Assembly (NCBI RefSeq): GCF_016458305.1
Contig: NZ_JAEMHL010000006.1
Coordinates: forward strand, 212,484 to 276,483
DNA: 64,000 bases
Direction: 5' to 3'
Source: Geomonas anaerohicana
GTDB taxonomy: Bacteria > Desulfobacterota > Desulfuromonadia > Geobacterales > Geobacteraceae
The notes beneath the pieces were generated by a model. The model ran no database searches, was not told the DNA's origin, and saw nothing but the letters and a program-made list of their open reading frames with translations. Position 1 is the stretch's first letter. Every line of letters starts with the position of its first letter. Shown here in pieces: positions 36,954 through 47,906 of this stretch. The position numbers and the translations under genes are program-made.

Positions 36954-38207
36954 ATGATCGGTGACAGCACACGGCCCCCCGGCGCCAACGGACATATCTT
37001 TACGAAATCCTTTTTCGTCCTGTCTATCCTCTCCCTGGTCGGCATCTTCTTCACCGCGGTCCGCTTCACCAAGGGGATCGGAGCCGTCTCCAACCTAAGC
37101 GACGGCTACCCCTGGGGGATCTGGGTCGCCTACGACGTCGCCATCGGCACCGCCGTGACCTGCGGCGGCTACACGGTCGCCCTGTTAAGCTACATAATCA
37201 ACCGCGGCTGCTACCATACCCTGGTCAAATCCGCCATCCTCACCAGCCTCTTCGGCTCCTTCCTGGCGGCCTTGTCCATCGTGGTGGAGATCGGCCGCCC
37301 CTGGAACGCCCACGGTCTCCTCTCCGCCACCAGTTGGCAACCCAACTCCGCCTTTTTCGAACTCCTGCTCTGCCTTTTCGGCTACCTGATCGCGCTGAGC
37401 CTGGAATACCTCCCCAACCTGCTCGCCTTCATGGGGCAGGGCAGGCCGACGTCGCTGCGCACCATCGTGCTCAATTCTCTCCTGCACAAAGGGCTGGTTG
37501 ACTGGCAGCCGACAGGGGAGGGGAGGAGGCCGGTCGCGTCGCCCCGGCTGGGGACCATCATCAACCGGATCCTGATCTGCTCCGCCGGCGCCGGCATCAT
37601 CCTGCCCACCATGCACCAGTCCGCGCTCGGTTCGCTGATGCTGATCGCCTCCACCAAACTGCACCCGCTCTGGCACAGCCCCTTTCTCCCCCTGCTGTTC
37701 CTGATCAATTGCATCTACTTCGGCTACGCCATCGTCATTTTCGTGTCGATCCTCTCCTCGTTCGTTCTGCATCGCGGCTTTTACAACGCCCAGCTTGCCG
37801 CCGTCGGCCGGGTCATTCCCTGGCTCACCATGGCCTGGCTGGTGATCCGCATCGGCGACGTCATGCGCCGCGACCAGGTCCCCGCCGTCTTTCACGGCGA
37901 TTTCTACTCCATCTTCTTCCTGGCCGAATGTTTCCTGATGGGAATCGGCGCCATTCCTTTTTTCGGCGTCGGCACCAGGCATTCCCCGCGCCGCTTGTTC
38001 CTGGCCGCCGTGGTGATGCTTTTGGGAGGCGGACTGTACCGCTTCAACGTCTACCTGATCGGATTCAACCCCGGCAACGGCTGGCACTATTTCCCTTCTT
38101 TCGCCGAGGTCATGATCGCAGTAGGCATCGTTTCGCTGGAAATACTCGCCTACCAGTTGCTGATTAAGTTTCTTCCCCGGCTTCCTGCGCCGCAGGCCCG
38201 CTATTGA
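36954..38207 (+). CDS. NrfD/PsrC/HybB-family polytopic membrane protein (quinol-interacting subunit type), orphan
   Basis: 8-10 predicted TM helices; …DGYPWGIWVAYDVAIGTAVTCGGY… resembles the NrfD family. Start ATG 36954 assumed; track ORF from 36915. Confidence 0.6.
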   Translation: MIGDSTRPPGANGHIFTKSFFVLSILSLVGIFFTAVRFTKGIGAVSNLSDGYPWGIWVAYDVAIGTAVTCGGYTVALLSYIINRGCYHTLVKSAILTSLFGSFLAALSIVVEIGRPWNAHGLLSATSWQPNSAFFELLLCLFGYLIALSLEYLPNLLAFMGQGRPTSLRTIVLNSLLHKGLVDWQPTGEGRRPVASPRLGTIINRILICSAGAGIILPTMHQSALGSLMLIASTKLHPLWHSPFLPLLFLINCIYFGYAIVIFVSILSSFVLHRGFYNAQLAAVGRVIPWLTMAWLVIRIGDVMRRDQVPAVFHGDFYSIFFLAECFLMGIGAIPFFGVGTRHSPRRLFLAAVVMLLGGGLYRFNVYLIGFNPGNGWHYFPSFAEVMIAVGIVSLEILAYQLLIKFLPRLPAPQARY

Positions 38208-38287
38208 GCATTGCTTTGCCCACTCTCTTTTGCTAACATGGCGCGCGTATTCGCAAATTAACGGGTTGTGATGGTGGAGGGAGGCTG

Positions 38288-38863
38288 TTGTTGAAAAAAG
38301 CCGGCTGTCTAGTGGCGTTCTGGTCGTGCCTGCTCCTTTGGGTAGTGCCTGTCCGGGCCCAGAACGATCCCCATCATCAGGTTCACATCATTGAAGGGCT
38401 GGTGGTGGGGGTAAGTGAAGGCGATCGCCTCACCGTTAATTCCTACGGCACCGAAATACCGGTACGGCTCTACGGTATCGCCGCTCCCCAGACTGCCAAG
38501 ATCGACAAGTTCACCGGCTGGTACAAGGCGGGCCAACCCTATGCCGAGGACGCCTTCCGCGCCCTGTCCCTGAAGGTGCTGCACCAGGTGGTGCGCATCG
38601 AGATCCGTGAAACGCTGGTCTTCAAGACGGAACCCACACAGGTTGCCGTCGCCGTCGTCTACCTGGACGGCCGCAACATCAACCTGGAAATGATCAACGA
38701 CGGCTGGGCCTGGGCCTACCGCAGGCTGCTCGGACGGGGGGACCACCCGCTGTACTTTGCCACCGAGCGTACTGCGCGCGCCAAGCGCAACGGTCTTTGG
38801 ACCCAGGACAACCCTCAGCCCCCCTGGGAGTTCAAGCCCCACCTGAAAGTAAAGGCAAAGTAA
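38288..38863 (+). CDS. Secreted thermonuclease (SNase/micrococcal nuclease-like)
   Basis: Signal peptide, then SNase motifs (…LYGIAAPQ…, …RNINLEMINDGWAWAYRRLL…). Confidence 0.7.
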   Translation: MLKKAGCLVAFWSCLLLWVVPVRAQNDPHHQVHIIEGLVVGVSEGDRLTVNSYGTEIPVRLYGIAAPQTAKIDKFTGWYKAGQPYAEDAFRALSLKVLHQVVRIEIRETLVFKTEPTQVAVAVVYLDGRNINLEMINDGWAWAYRRLLGRGDHPLYFATERTARAKRNGLWTQDNPQPPWEFKPHLKVKAK

Positions 38864-38871
38864 CTGAGCGG

Positions 38872-38974
38872 GGACTGGCTCCGCCAGGTGCCTGTCCCCT
38901 TTGCCGCTTGTGAAGCTGGCTGAGCTGACAGGTGCGTTCCGCTATAGGGACAGGCACCTGAGGGAGCCAGTCCC
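38872..38974. repeat. REP-like palindromic element, full inverted pair
   Basis: GGGACTGGCTCCGCCAGGTGCCTGTCCCC … GGGACAGGCACCTGAGGGAGCCAGTCCC. Confidence 0.8.
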
Positions 38975-39332
38975 TCTCTGCGCCTTTGTTTACACATAAA
39001 TAGAACCTTTCGCCCCTGCAGGCGAGTTGAGTCGCCCGTTCATACCCTCTAGCAGTGCAAACTCCCTTTTCTCAAAGACTTGTCCCATCTTTGCGCCGCC
39101 GGCGCCGTTCTCCAACCCCCTCCTGTTACAAAACGGTACGTTTTTTCTGTTCCATAAAGAGACAGTTGTTAGATATAGTGACACTGTCACCGCTTTGAGC
39201 AGTGCACTGTTCCAAATCGAAGCGGCATTTTTTCGCACTACGTAAAAAACCGTCTCATTGTTTTGTATTCAATGGATTACCCGTATTCCTCATTAGAGAT
39301 GCTGCCGCGCCCGGGCACCCTTGGCCCGATTT

Positions 39333-39348
39333 TGGTATCGATCTTGCC
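39333..39348 (+). promoter_or_regulatory. Candidate sigma-54 (-24/-12) promoter TGGTAT-N5-TTGCC upstream of the Fe-ADH gene
   Basis: GG and GC dinucleotides at the correct 10-nt spacing; lies ~65 nt upstream of ATG 39413. Palindromes GTGACACTGTCAC (39177-39189) and CAGTGCACTG (39199-39208) further upstream are possible enhancer sites. Confidence 0.4.
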
Positions 39349-39412
39349 AGTGTATACGGTGTCTACCGGCGCGACCGCGCAGGTGCAGAGCCAGTTTCAG
39401 GAGTCACAGCAC

Positions 39413-40561
39413 ATGGAAATCAGCAAGTTCGTTGCACCCGAAATCATCTTCGGCCGGGGCTCCTTGAGCCAGATCGGTGAAAGTGTCGTGCGCCTGGGCG
39501 TGTCCAAGGTCTTCCTGGTCAGCGACAGCGACGTCATCTCGGCAGGATGGGTCGACACAGCGGTGGATTACCTCCGTGCCGCCGGACTCGACACGGTTAT
39601 TTTCTCCAGCCTCACCACCAACCCCAAGGACTGCGAGGTCACCGAGGGGGCCGCCAAGTACCTGGCCTCCGGTTGCGACGGCATCGTCTCGGTCGGCGGC
39701 GGAAGCCCCACCGACGTGGCCAAGGCCATCGCCACCATCGCCTCCAACGGCGGGCGCCTCAAGGATTACGAGGGGATCAACAAGATCTCGACGCCGCTTC
39801 CCCCCATGGTCATCGTACCGTCGACCGCGGGGGCGGGCTCCGAGGTGAGCCAGTTCACCATCATCGTGGACACCGACCGCAAGCTCAAGATGTCCATCAT
39901 CTCGCGCTCCCTCATCCCGGACATCGCCATCGTCGATCCCGAACTGCTCAAGACCAAGGACGCCAAGCTTGCCGCCGCCACCGGGGTCGATGCGCTCACC
40001 CACGGCATCGAGTCCTACGTGTCGCTGGCCGCCACGCCGCTCACCGACATCCATGCTCTCAAGGCGATCTCGCTCATCTCCCGCAACCTGAGAAGGGCCG
40101 TCAGCGTGCGAAGCGACATGGAAGCCAACACCAACATGGCCATGGCGAGCCTCACCGCCGGCCTGGCCTTCTCCAACGCCATCCTCGGTGCCGCCCACGC
40201 CATGACCCACCAGGTCGACGGCCTGCTCGACCAGCACCACGGCGAAACCAACGCCTCCATCCTGCCGCACGTGATGCGTTTCAACCTGCAGGCCTGCCCG
40301 GAGCGTTTCCGCGACATCGCCGTCGCCATGGGGGAGGATGTCACCGGACTGGAGCTTATTGCCGCCGCCGAGCGTTCCATCGAGGCGGTGCAGCGCCTGA
40401 TCGAGGATATCGGGCTCGCCAAGGGGCTCTCCGAACTGGGGCTCAAGGAGGAGTTCATCCCGCTTTTGAGCGAGAACGCCACCAAGGACGCCTGCCTGGT
40501 CACCAACCCGCGCTACGCAACCCGCGAGCAGATCGAGCAGATCTACCGCAACGCGATGTAG
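39413..40561 (+). CDS. Iron-containing (group III) alcohol dehydrogenase
   Basis: Fe-ADH signatures (…VSVGGGSPTDVAKAIA…, GxxHxxAHxxG-type His motifs). ATG 39413 behind RBS aggag; the track ORF extends to 39263. Confidence 0.85.
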   Translation: MEISKFVAPEIIFGRGSLSQIGESVVRLGVSKVFLVSDSDVISAGWVDTAVDYLRAAGLDTVIFSSLTTNPKDCEVTEGAAKYLASGCDGIVSVGGGSPTDVAKAIATIASNGGRLKDYEGINKISTPLPPMVIVPSTAGAGSEVSQFTIIVDTDRKLKMSIISRSLIPDIAIVDPELLKTKDAKLAAATGVDALTHGIESYVSLAATPLTDIHALKAISLISRNLRRAVSVRSDMEANTNMAMASLTAGLAFSNAILGAAHAMTHQVDGLLDQHHGETNASILPHVMRFNLQACPERFRDIAVAMGEDVTGLELIAAAERSIEAVQRLIEDIGLAKGLSELGLKEEFIPLLSENATKDACLVTNPRYATREQIEQIYRNAM

Positions 40562-40585
40562 GCCAGGGGCCGCAAAGGAAGTGCC

Positions 40586-42250
40586 GTGAAAAACAGGGGT
40601 AAACTCCTCGAACAGCTGACCGGCGTCGACTCCTCCAAGCTCAACTATTACGTCGAGCTAAAAAAGAGGAACCAGGACGTGCTGAAACAAAACAGCCGCC
40701 TGGAGATTCTGCAGCAGCTGACCCGCGACATCAACATCGACATGTCCATCGGCGACATCATCGAGAGGGCGTTCCGCAAGCTCCCCGAGGCGCTCCCCTG
40801 CGACTTCCTGGCGCTGGCCAAGCTCACCGAGGGGAAGCTCAAGCTGATTGCCGTCGCCCCGCGCGACTTCACCGACCTGGGCTACATCCCCAAGCAGTCC
40901 ATCCTCTGGAACGCCTTCCGGGACAAGGGGGCCACCAGCTACAATCCGATGCTGGACCCGCTCTGCCTGGCCCAGGTGACCAAAAAACATGTCGAACCGC
41001 TGCGCTCTCTCGCCGCGGCACCGCTCTTTGAGCGATCCTCGGTGACCGGACTGCTGCTCCTGGGAAGCACCATCGACGCGGCCTACGCCCGTGCCGAGTT
41101 GAACTTCGCGCAGCACCTGGCCGACCAGCTTGCCATCAGCATGCAGAACGCGCGGCTGTACAAGCAGGTCTCCCGCGCCAAGAAGGAGTGGGAAGCGACC
41201 TTCCGCGCCGTGACCGATCCCATCTTCCTGATCGACACCGACTACAACGTGCTGCTGCATAACGGCCAGCTCCCCCCGGGCATGAGCGACGCCTTCAACC
41301 AGGCCATCAGCAACAAGTGCTTCGCCAAACTGCGGGGAGGCACCGAGCCCTGCCAGAACTGCCCCATTCAGGAGATCAAGGAAACCGGCAAGCCGGTGTT
41401 CCAGCAGTGGAATACCCCGGAAGGGGAGTTTCTGGAGCTTTCCTACTACCCGGTGTTCAACGAGGATAAGCAACTCGCCGCGGTCACCATCATCATGAAG
41501 GACGTGACCAAGAAGCTGAAGATGGAGGCGCAACTGGTGCAGTCGGCCAAGATGGTGGCGCTGGGCGTCATGGCGGCCGGCGTGGCCCACGAGCTGAACA
41601 GCCCCATGACCGTGATCATCGGCACCGCCCAGATGCTCGCCCGCGACCTGCAGGGGGAGGAGGATTCCGAGCACGTCGAGGCGCTCTCCGACATCATCAA
41701 CTGCGGACTGCGCTGCAAGCGCATCATCCAGAACCTGCTTACCTTCTCGCGCCAGGACCAGGCCCCCTTCTCGCCGGTGGACCTGAACGCCGAGGCGGAG
41801 CGGGTGCTGGACATGATCCAGTACCAGATCAACCGCAGCCAGATTGCCATCTTCGAGCATTTCGACCGCGACCTCCCAAGGATCAACGCCAACGGTCCGC
41901 AGATCCAGCAGGTGCTGACCAATTTCCTCATCAACGCCCGGGACGCGCTCACCGAGGTGGACGGCAAGGAGAAGGTGATCGAGGTCGCCACCTCGCTGCG
42001 CGTCGAAGGCAACCAGCGCTGGGCCGTCCTGAGCGTGAGCGACAACGGCATCGGCATAGCGCCCGAAAACGTCTCCAAGATCTTCACACCGTTTTACACC
42101 AGCAAGGAGGCCAGCAAGGGGACCGGTCTCGGTCTCTCGGTCAGCCTCGGCATCGCCGAATCGCACCACGGCAACATCGAGGTGGAGAGCACCTTGGGGC
42201 AGGGGAGCCGTTTCAGTCTCGTACTGCCGGTAGACGAACGCAACGACTAA
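40586..42250 (+). CDS. Sensor histidine kinase (GAF-like, PAS, HisKA, HATPase_c), cytoplasmic
   Basis: H-box …AAGVAHELNSPMTVI…, N-box …NFLINARDAL…, G-box …GTGLGLSVS…; GTG start. Confidence 0.8.
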   Translation: MKNRGKLLEQLTGVDSSKLNYYVELKKRNQDVLKQNSRLEILQQLTRDINIDMSIGDIIERAFRKLPEALPCDFLALAKLTEGKLKLIAVAPRDFTDLGYIPKQSILWNAFRDKGATSYNPMLDPLCLAQVTKKHVEPLRSLAAAPLFERSSVTGLLLLGSTIDAAYARAELNFAQHLADQLAISMQNARLYKQVSRAKKEWEATFRAVTDPIFLIDTDYNVLLHNGQLPPGMSDAFNQAISNKCFAKLRGGTEPCQNCPIQEIKETGKPVFQQWNTPEGEFLELSYYPVFNEDKQLAAVTIIMKDVTKKLKMEAQLVQSAKMVALGVMAAGVAHELNSPMTVIIGTAQMLARDLQGEEDSEHVEALSDIINCGLRCKRIIQNLLTFSRQDQAPFSPVDLNAEAERVLDMIQYQINRSQIAIFEHFDRDLPRINANGPQIQQVLTNFLINARDALTEVDGKEKVIEVATSLRVEGNQRWAVLSVSDNGIGIAPENVSKIFTPFYTSKEASKGTGLGLSVSLGIAESHHGNIEVESTLGQGSRFSLVLPVDERND

Positions 42251-42266
42251 TAGTTGGGAGCAGGCC

Positions 42267-43802
42267 GTGACAGAGTCTCAAATGCAAATACTGATAATCG
42301 ATGACGAGAGGGACGTGTGCACCTTCTTCCGCCGCCTTTTGACCCGCAAGGGGTACCAGGTGGTCACCGCGGCCAACGAGCCCGAGGCGCTGGCGGCACT
42401 GGAGGCCGGGCGTTTCAGCGTCGCCCTGGTGGACCTGAAGCTTCCCGACACGGACGGCATCACGCTCCTTGAAATCATCAAGTCGAGGCAGCCCTCCTGC
42501 GAGGTGATCATCATGACCGGGTACTCGACGGTCAAGACCGCGGTCACCGCCATGCAACTGGGCGCCTACGAGTACCTGGAAAAGCCCTTCGACGACATCG
42601 ACCAGATCGAGCTGATGATCGAGCGGGCAGCCGGCGCGGGCGCCGTGCACGGCCGTGGACTTGCCGCCGCCGACGAGTGGGCCGAGGTGGCCCAGGGGGT
42701 CGGTTTCCGGGTCGGCGTGTCGCCGCCCATGAAGCGCATGGTGTCCCTGGCCTACAAGGTCGCCAGCAAGGATATTTCCGTATTGATTCAGGGTAAGACC
42801 GGCACCGGCAAGGAGGTGCTGGCGCGCTTCATTCATGCCGCCTCCGCGCGCGCCGGCCAACCCTTCATCCCGGTCAACTGCGGCGCGCTTCCCGAGAACC
42901 TCCTGGAAAGCGAGCTCTTCGGACATGAGAAGGGTGCCTTCACCGGCGCCAACCAGACCCGGCGCGGCATCTTCGAATTGGCCAACAACGGGACGCTGCT
43001 TCTGGACGAGATCGGCGACGCCACCCCGCAGATCCAGGTGAAACTGTTGCGGGTACTGGAGACCGGCGAGTTCATGAGGGTAGGGGGGGAGCGCCCCATC
43101 AAGACCGACGTCCGTGTCATCGCCGCCACCAACGTCGATCTGGAGCAGGCCATCAGGGAGAAGACCTTCCGTGAGGACCTCTTTTACCGGCTCAACGTGG
43201 TGCGCCTGGAGATCCCGTCCCTGGCCGAGCGCCACGAGGACATACCGCTTCTGGCCGAGCACTTCGTACAGCAGTTGAACCGGGACCTCCGGCTCTCCCC
43301 GGGCACCGTGCGCCTGCTGCAGGGTTACACCTGGCCCGGCAACATCCGCGAGCTCGCCAACGTGATGCGGCGCGCGGTGGTGATCTGTAACGGTGACACC
43401 ATTCTCCCCGAGCACCTCGGCGGGACCTTCCTGGCCGGGCCGTCGGCGCCGGTGCGTTCGGTTGCCCAGCCGGCGCAGCGCTTCGCCGAGCCCGAATCGG
43501 TACACGCCGGAGGCGATCTCATCGAGCAATGTCGCAGTTGCGACTGTCTGGATCGATTGGGGGCGGACGAATTGAACGGGATGCTTGCCTCCCTGCGCCA
43601 GGCCCAGTCCAACCTGCTCACCGTCATGCGCAGGAAGAAGATCGTGCCGCCGCTGCACGCCCTCAAGGATTCCGAGGCCGAGACCATCAAGGAAGCGCTG
43701 GCCCAGTATGACGGCAACATCACCGAAGCCGCCAAGGCCCTCGGCATCGCGCGCAATACCTTATATAGGAAGATGAAGGAGCTGGAGTTGCCGGGGCGGT
43801 AG
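42267..43802 (+). CDS. Sigma-54-dependent response regulator (NtrC family: REC, AAA+ sigma-54 activation domain, Fis-type HTH)
   Basis: Receiver D…LVDLKLPD; Walker A GKTGTGKE; GAFTGA loop; C-terminal HTH …ARNTLYRKMKEL…. Confidence 0.85.
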   Translation: MTESQMQILIIDDERDVCTFFRRLLTRKGYQVVTAANEPEALAALEAGRFSVALVDLKLPDTDGITLLEIIKSRQPSCEVIIMTGYSTVKTAVTAMQLGAYEYLEKPFDDIDQIELMIERAAGAGAVHGRGLAAADEWAEVAQGVGFRVGVSPPMKRMVSLAYKVASKDISVLIQGKTGTGKEVLARFIHAASARAGQPFIPVNCGALPENLLESELFGHEKGAFTGANQTRRGIFELANNGTLLLDEIGDATPQIQVKLLRVLETGEFMRVGGERPIKTDVRVIAATNVDLEQAIREKTFREDLFYRLNVVRLEIPSLAERHEDIPLLAEHFVQQLNRDLRLSPGTVRLLQGYTWPGNIRELANVMRRAVVICNGDTILPEHLGGTFLAGPSAPVRSVAQPAQRFAEPESVHAGGDLIEQCRSCDCLDRLGADELNGMLASLRQAQSNLLTVMRRKKIVPPLHALKDSEAETIKEALAQYDGNITEAAKALGIARNTLYRKMKELELPGR

Positions 43803-43837
43803 GCGAGGTTTTTTGCCTGCGGTAGCGGTTCTTTCCC

Positions 43838-43990
43838 CCTCCCTGTCCCTCCCCCTCCGGGGGAGGGGACTTTACGCCCATCATTTCTGCCCGTAGATTT
43901 CTCCTTTCTCTGTTATCTTCCCGTCCAGTCACACGCACACTAGCTCCTCCCCCCGGAGGGGGGAGGCCGGGAGGGGGGAAGGGACTTAAC
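43838..43990. repeat. G/C homopolymer-rich palindromes (ccctccccctccgggggagggga; ctcctccccccggaggggggag)
   Basis: Two near-perfect palindromes in an intergenic region. Confidence 0.5.
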
Positions 43991-44017
43991 CCCGCCATTG
44001 CCAACACCCTGCATTTT

Positions 44018-45166
44018 TTGGTAATAGATATTGTCACCTGCGGCGTTCGCCGCCGGAAATCCTGTCCAGGGGAGCTTGTCTTGCAGGCAAACCATCTGAA
44101 ACGCTTCGACTCACTTGCCGGTCCGCTCCTGGTCCGACTGCTGCCGCGCCGGAATAAGCCCGCCGCGGCCATGGCGCCCGGCTCCGCCCTCATCATCCGC
44201 CCCGGCGGCATCGGCGACGCCGTTTTGCTCATCCCCATGCTGCGCGCCCTCCAGTCGGCGTACCCTTCCTGCCGCATCGACATCCTCGCCGAGCACAGAA
44301 ACGCCGCCGCCTTCGAAATGTGCCCTGGGCTCCACGCCGTGCATCGCTATGACGAGCCGGGCGAACTGCGCGCGGTCCTGAAAAAACGCTACGACCTGGT
44401 CATCGACACCGAGCAGTGGTACCGGCTTTCCGCCCTTGTCGCCCGCCTGGTGCGCGCCCGCCGCTCCATAGGCTTTGCCACCAACGAGCGCAAGCGCCTC
44501 TTCAGCGATGCCGTTCCCTACGACCTCAAAGAATACGAACCCTATTCCTTCCTCCGCCTGTTGGCACCGCTGGGCATTGAGGCGCCGGCTGACCTTGCCG
44601 TCCCGTTTCTGGAACTGCCGGCTGCAGCGCGTGAACGCGCCACACAACTGCTGGCTCGACTGGGGGACCGCCCCTTCGTCGCCATCTTCCCGGGTGCCAG
44701 TGTGCCGGCTAAAGAGTGGGGCGGTGTGAAATATCGGCAGTTGGCTGCTTCGCTGGTGCTTGCCGGATGCGCCGTGGTCGTACTCGGCGGCAAAGGAGAC
44801 GAAGACGTTGCCGACGCCATTGCCCGTGCTACCGGAGGCGTCAACCTGGCAGGGGCGACCACTTTGGCTGAGAGCGCCGCGGTTATCGAGGCCGCCATGG
44901 CCCTGGTAACCGGCGATTCCGGTTTGCTGCACATCGCCGCCGGGCTGGGAACGGCAACGGTTTCCCTGTTCGGGCCGAGCGACCCCGCCAAGTGGGCTCC
45001 CAAAGGGGAGCGCCATCGCGTTTTCGCCTCGACGCTTCCCTGCGCTCCCTGCGCCAAGTGGGGCACCATCCCGCCCTGCGAGCACCAGGGGAGTTGCATC
45101 GACGCCGATCCCGCCGAAGTGGCAAAGACGCTACTTCAGCTGCTTACGGAGCTGTACGGCGGCTAG
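44018..45166 (+). CDS. Glycosyltransferase family 9 (LPS heptosyltransferase, RfaF/WaaC-like)
   Basis: …LIIRPGGIGDAVLLIPMLRAL… and C-terminal GT9 motifs. True start uncertain (44018 versus 44171). Confidence 0.7.
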   Translation: MVIDIVTCGVRRRKSCPGELVLQANHLKRFDSLAGPLLVRLLPRRNKPAAAMAPGSALIIRPGGIGDAVLLIPMLRALQSAYPSCRIDILAEHRNAAAFEMCPGLHAVHRYDEPGELRAVLKKRYDLVIDTEQWYRLSALVARLVRARRSIGFATNERKRLFSDAVPYDLKEYEPYSFLRLLAPLGIEAPADLAVPFLELPAAARERATQLLARLGDRPFVAIFPGASVPAKEWGGVKYRQLAASLVLAGCAVVVLGGKGDEDVADAIARATGGVNLAGATTLAESAAVIEAAMALVTGDSGLLHIAAGLGTATVSLFGPSDPAKWAPKGERHRVFASTLPCAPCAKWGTIPPCEHQGSCIDADPAEVAKTLLQLLTELYGG

Positions 45167-45260
45167 CCGTTTTCTCCAATGAGAAAAATTCATTTGCCTG
45201 AAATAAAAGCCTTGACTTTAAAATGGCGAATTGGTACAAAGTCCGAGTTGCACAAAGCGG

Positions 45261-45335
45261 CAACAAAAACAGGCGCGTAGCTCAGGGGTAGAGCACTAGC
45301 TCGACACGCTAGGGGTCGGCGGTTCGAAACCGCCC
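45261..45335 (+). tRNA. tRNA-Val (anticodon GAC)
   Basis: Hand-folded cloverleaf: acceptor aggcgcg/cgcgcct, D-arm gctc-aggggta-gagc, anticodon loop tcGACac, T-arm ggcgg-ttcgaaa-ccgcc, CCA encoded. Confidence 0.85.
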
Positions 45336-45376
45336 GCGCCTACCAATCAAAAGAGACCTTCAGTACGAGGTTCGAC

Positions 45377-45410
45377 GGAGGCATCGAGTTTCGATGCCTC
45401 TTTCTGTTTT
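45377..45410 (+). terminator. Hairpin plus T-run after tRNA-Val (gaggcatcgagtttcgatgcctc + tttctgtttt)
   Basis: 9-bp perfect stem. Confidence 0.6.
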
Positions 45411-45438
45411 GCCACTAGTTTTTCAAAAGGGGTCTTGC

Positions 45439-47349
45439 ATGAACGAGATTAAGGTCACGCTTCCGGACGGTTCCCAAAGGCCCTTGCCTGCAGGCTCCTC
45501 TATCTTCGATCTGGCCGCTTCCATCGGAGCGGGTCTCGCCAAGGCTGCCATCGCCGGCAAAATCGACGGCAACCTGGTCGATCTCAACACCAAGCTCGCC
45601 GACGGCGCCAAGGTGGAGATCATCACCGAGAAGAGCCCCGAGGCGCTCGAGATCATCAGGCACTCCACCTCGCACCTCATGGCGCAGGCGGTCAAGGCGC
45701 TGTTCCCGCAGGCCAAGGTGACCATCGGTCCCGCCATCGAGACCGGTTTCTACTACGACTTCGACGTCGATCACCCCTTCACCCCGGAAGACCTCGAGAA
45801 GATCGAGGCCAAGATGCGCGAGCTCGCCAAGGCCGATCTCAAGATCGAGCGTTCCGAACTCTCCAGCGCCGAGGCGATCGAGCTGTTCAAGAAGATGGGC
45901 GAGGACTACAAGGTCGAGCTGATCGAGGACCTGGGCGCCGACCACGTCTCCCTGTACACCCAGGGCGACTTCGCCGACCTCTGCCGCGGTCCGCACCTCC
46001 CCAAGACCTCCTACTGCAAGGCGTTCAAGCTTACCTCCATCGCCGGCGCCTACTGGCGCGGCGACGAGAAGCGCGCCATGCTGCAGCGCGTCTACGGCAC
46101 CGCGTTCGCCGACAAGAAGGAACTGGACGCGTACCTGGAGCGCATCGAGGAAGCCAAGAAGCGCGACCACAGGAAACTCGGCAAGGAGCTCGATCTCTTC
46201 TCCTTCAACGACGAGGTCGGCGCCGGCCTGGTGATCTGGCACCCGAAAGGGGCCATGCTGCGCACCATCCTCGAAGACTTCGAGCGCAAAGAGCACTTAA
46301 AGCGCGGCTACGACATCGTCCAGGGTCCCCAGATCCTGAAGACCGAGCTCTGGCAGCGTTCCGGCCACTACGAGAACTACCGCGAGAACATGTACTTCAC
46401 CACCGTGGACGAGCAGGGTTACGGCGTCAAGCCGATGAACTGCCTGGCCCACATGATGATCTACCGCTCGCAGCTTCGTTCCTACCGCGACCTGCCGCTG
46501 CGCTACTTCGAGCTCGGCACGGTGCACCGCCACGAGAGGGCAGGGGTTCTGCACGGCCTGCTGCGCGTGCGTGGCTTTACCCAGGACGACGCCCACATCC
46601 TGTGCACCCCGGAGCAGCTGGACGCCGAGATCAAGGGCGTCATCCAGTTCGTCACCGAGGTGATGGGGATCTTCGGCTTCGAGTTCGAGATGGAGCTTTC
46701 CACCCGTCCCGAGAAGTCTATCGGCTCCGACGATGCCTGGGAACTGGCCACCAGCGCCCTCTTGAATGCACTCAAGGACTCCGGCCGCCCCTACGAAATC
46801 AACGAAGGCGACGGCGCCTTCTACGGCCCCAAGATCGACATCAAGCTGCGCGACGCACTTGACAGAAGATGGCAATGTGCTACTATCCAGTGCGATTTTA
46901 CCCTCCCGGAGCGTTTCGACCTCACCTACGTGGACGCAGACGGTGAGAAAAAGCGCCCCGTCATGGTGCACAGGGTCATCCTGGGCGCCATCGAGCGCTT
47001 CATCGGTGTCCTCATCGAGCACTTCGCCGGAAACTTCCCGACTTGGCTGGCACCGGTTCAGGCGACCGTTCTCACGGTTACCGACAACCAGATCCCTTAC
47101 GCACAGGCTGCGTTCGACAAACTGCGCGCTGCCGGCGTCAGGGTGCAGAAGGATTTCAGAAACGAAAAGCTGGGCTTCAAGATCCGCGAGGCGCAGCTGC
47201 AGAAGATACCGTACATGCTCGTGGTTGGTGACAAGGAGGTCGAAGGCGGCCTGCTCGCTCCGCGCTTCCGCGACGGCAAGAATCTCGAGGCGATGACCCC
47301 CGAACAGTTCATCGCGTTCATAGAAAACGAAGTCAAAACCTACAAATAG
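45439..47349 (+). CDS. thrS: Threonyl-tRNA synthetase (ThrS)
   Basis: N-terminal TGS domain ([12 protein letters not shown]…) and class-II aaRS motifs (…HRHE…, …FYGPKID…); C-terminal anticodon-binding domain. Confidence 0.9.
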   Translation: MNEIKVTLPDGSQRPLPAGSSIFDLAASIGAGLAKAAIAGKIDGNLVDLNTKLADGAKVEIITEKSPEALEIIRHSTSHLMAQAVKALFPQAKVTIGPAIETGFYYDFDVDHPFTPEDLEKIEAKMRELAKADLKIERSELSSAEAIELFKKMGEDYKVELIEDLGADHVSLYTQGDFADLCRGPHLPKTSYCKAFKLTSIAGAYWRGDEKRAMLQRVYGTAFADKKELDAYLERIEEAKKRDHRKLGKELDLFSFNDEVGAGLVIWHPKGAMLRTILEDFERKEHLKRGYDIVQGPQILKTELWQRSGHYENYRENMYFTTVDEQGYGVKPMNCLAHMMIYRSQLRSYRDLPLRYFELGTVHRHERAGVLHGLLRVRGFTQDDAHILCTPEQLDAEIKGVIQFVTEVMGIFGFEFEMELSTRPEKSIGSDDAWELATSALLNALKDSGRPYEINEGDGAFYGPKIDIKLRDALDRRWQCATIQCDFTLPERFDLTYVDADGEKKRPVMVHRVILGAIERFIGVLIEHFAGNFPTWLAPVQATVLTVTDNQIPYAQAAFDKLRAAGVRVQKDFRNEKLGFKIREAQLQKIPYMLVVGDKEVEGGLLAPRFRDGKNLEAMTPEQFIAFIENEVKTYK

Positions 47350-47360
47350 GAGGTGGCGTC

Positions 47361-47879
<519 letters not shown>

Positions 47880-47906
47880 ACACCACCACAAAGGAGTAGT
47901 AAAACA

